The translations under genes were made by a program, and so were the position numbers. Below the pieces are notes generated by a model. It saw nothing but the letters and a program-made list of their open reading frames with translations, was not told where the DNA came from and searched no databases. A stretch of DNA of 64,000 nucleotides from Dicyema japonicum (taxonomy: Eukaryota; Animalia; Dicyemida), in NCBI GenBank assembly GCA_011109175.1, contig RDEW01000070.1, positions 104,486-168,485 on the forward strand. Direction: 5' to 3'. Positions 62,374 through 64,000 of the stretch are shown here, piece by piece (position 1 is the first letter of the stretch; each line of letters starts with the position of its first letter).

Positions 62374-64000
62374 TTTGCTTTTTTTATTAATAATAATAAT
62401 TATTAATCGCTTAATCAATTTTTTATTGAAAATTATGTCGGTTTGGTAATTTTTATATATAAGAATTACATCGATAAGCTATCAATTAATGACTTTTACA
62501 CGCTGAGTTTACCAGTTGACTACGCGGACGGGAAAAACGCCTGGAAAAACGTTCTGAAAAAATTAATAGAAAGGATATAATGCTGGGAGAAACGTCCTGA
62601 AAGAAATTAATAAAAAGGAAGAAGGGTCCAGGTTTTGACTTCAAGCTCTATGTAGGACTCAGATGTAATCCCTCCAGAAAGCTCCTTTACTCTTTTGTTA
62701 ATAAATCGGTTATTATTTTATTATTAGGCTATCAATTGAGAAACCAATAGACTATCCAATGAAAAAGGATTAATCACATCCGTTGAAGAACACAATCACA
62801 TCCATTAAGTCTTCTTAAAAAATTTTTAAAAGTTGTCGTTGAGTACAAGTTTAGAGGTAGATCTCCGATAAAGATTTCATATATGCTTCGAACCAATTTA
62901 TGAGAATAGGATGTTTTTACAATTTGGATGCAAAGAAGTAACTGACTTTGGATACAAAACTGGAAAAGAAGTAACTGACTTCAATATGGAGAAAGGGGAT
63001 GAGAATCAGTTGGTGTTGCATTCCTCTTATAGGATAGCGTATGACAGTGATTCTGTTAATAATGCTATAATACTTTGATTGAAAATATAGAAATTTTGAT
63101 GAGTATTAGCCTTAAAAAACTATGAAAAGTCTGCAACATATTCGGACTGCTTCAAATGTACAAAATGTTTGGACAGTTTTTTTAGGTTATCATTATCTCG
63201 GAGTCTTAGAATAAAATGAAATAAACGTTAAAGTGCTTGACCTCTTTTTTTAAATTTATTAAGGCAATTAAAGACAAAAATGAACAGTTAGCAATTACTG
63301 GCTGATCTCATAAACGAGAACACATTTCCCCTGCCTATTTGCATGGAAATAAGCTCAATTAGCCAACTCCACTCTTTTCTATCATTTTTCACCTACACGT
63401 TGAGGGATCCGATTCTGATTAACAGCTTTAGTGATCTTTATTATCTTTATTATTAATACAAAATAAACTGATCTATGAGTACATTTAAATCCTGTAAACA
63501 AAAAGGGGATTATATTTCAGCAAAATCATTTTCTTAAGAGCTCTAAATTTAATTTTCCATCAACTGAATCCATACAAATTCATTTTTATGCCACTTTGAG
63601 AGCAAATTCTTTACGTGGCTCAGAAAAAAAGGAATTTCGAGCCTTGAACAATAGAAAACACATATGGTCACAATCATAAATTTACTACATCAATTTAGAT
63701 TGGATGATCGGCTAACTCATTCAAATTGGAACAATTTCATTCAAAATGAGAATAGTGTTATTAAAGTTCGACAATACTAATAAAATGATACTGTCATTCA
63801 AAATGAGAATTTTTCAACTCTATAATAGTTACAAAAATATTTTCCGGTCAACAATCGCCTCTCAACGACACATGTGAGGTTCGCAAAAATCAATACCAAT
63901 TCTGAGATTCTCGTCGACCTAAAATATTTAGACCAGGCATGTCAAACACGCGACCCGCTCAAAGGATTTGTAAATAGTCGACGACATTGGACGTTTTCCT

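Overview
AT-rich eukaryotic DNA, densely littered with transposon fragments. I see no rRNA, bona fide tRNA or CRISPR array. The host genes look metazoan and are split by very small spliceosomal introns: 23 of the 27 I could reconstruct are 21-28 nt, so the ORF track fragments them. Reconstructed by hand, all on +: the 3' part of eEF2 kinase, a ubinuclein (HUN domain) gene, a MEIS/PKNOX-type TALE homeobox gene, a RING/TRAF-type zinc-finger gene and WBP2. There are also three dispersed, intronless, membrane-anchored paralogues of the HtrL/YibB putative glycosyltransferase family. Most of the rest is non-LTR retrotransposon debris (CRE, RTE, R4/Dong-like, I-group), plus a tRNA-headed SINE whose 3' tail matches an RTE end, a LINE-derived short retroposon with target-site duplications, pogo/Tigger, hAT and integrase remnants, and a 6.6-kb array of internally deleted I-group LINE modules around an endonuclease-less RT ORF. 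Many frameshifts are single-base losses in homopolymers and may be sequencing errors. All family assignments come from motif recognition, not database searches. The organism cannot be determined; the intron sizes fit a reduced animal parasite such as a dicyemid (inference).
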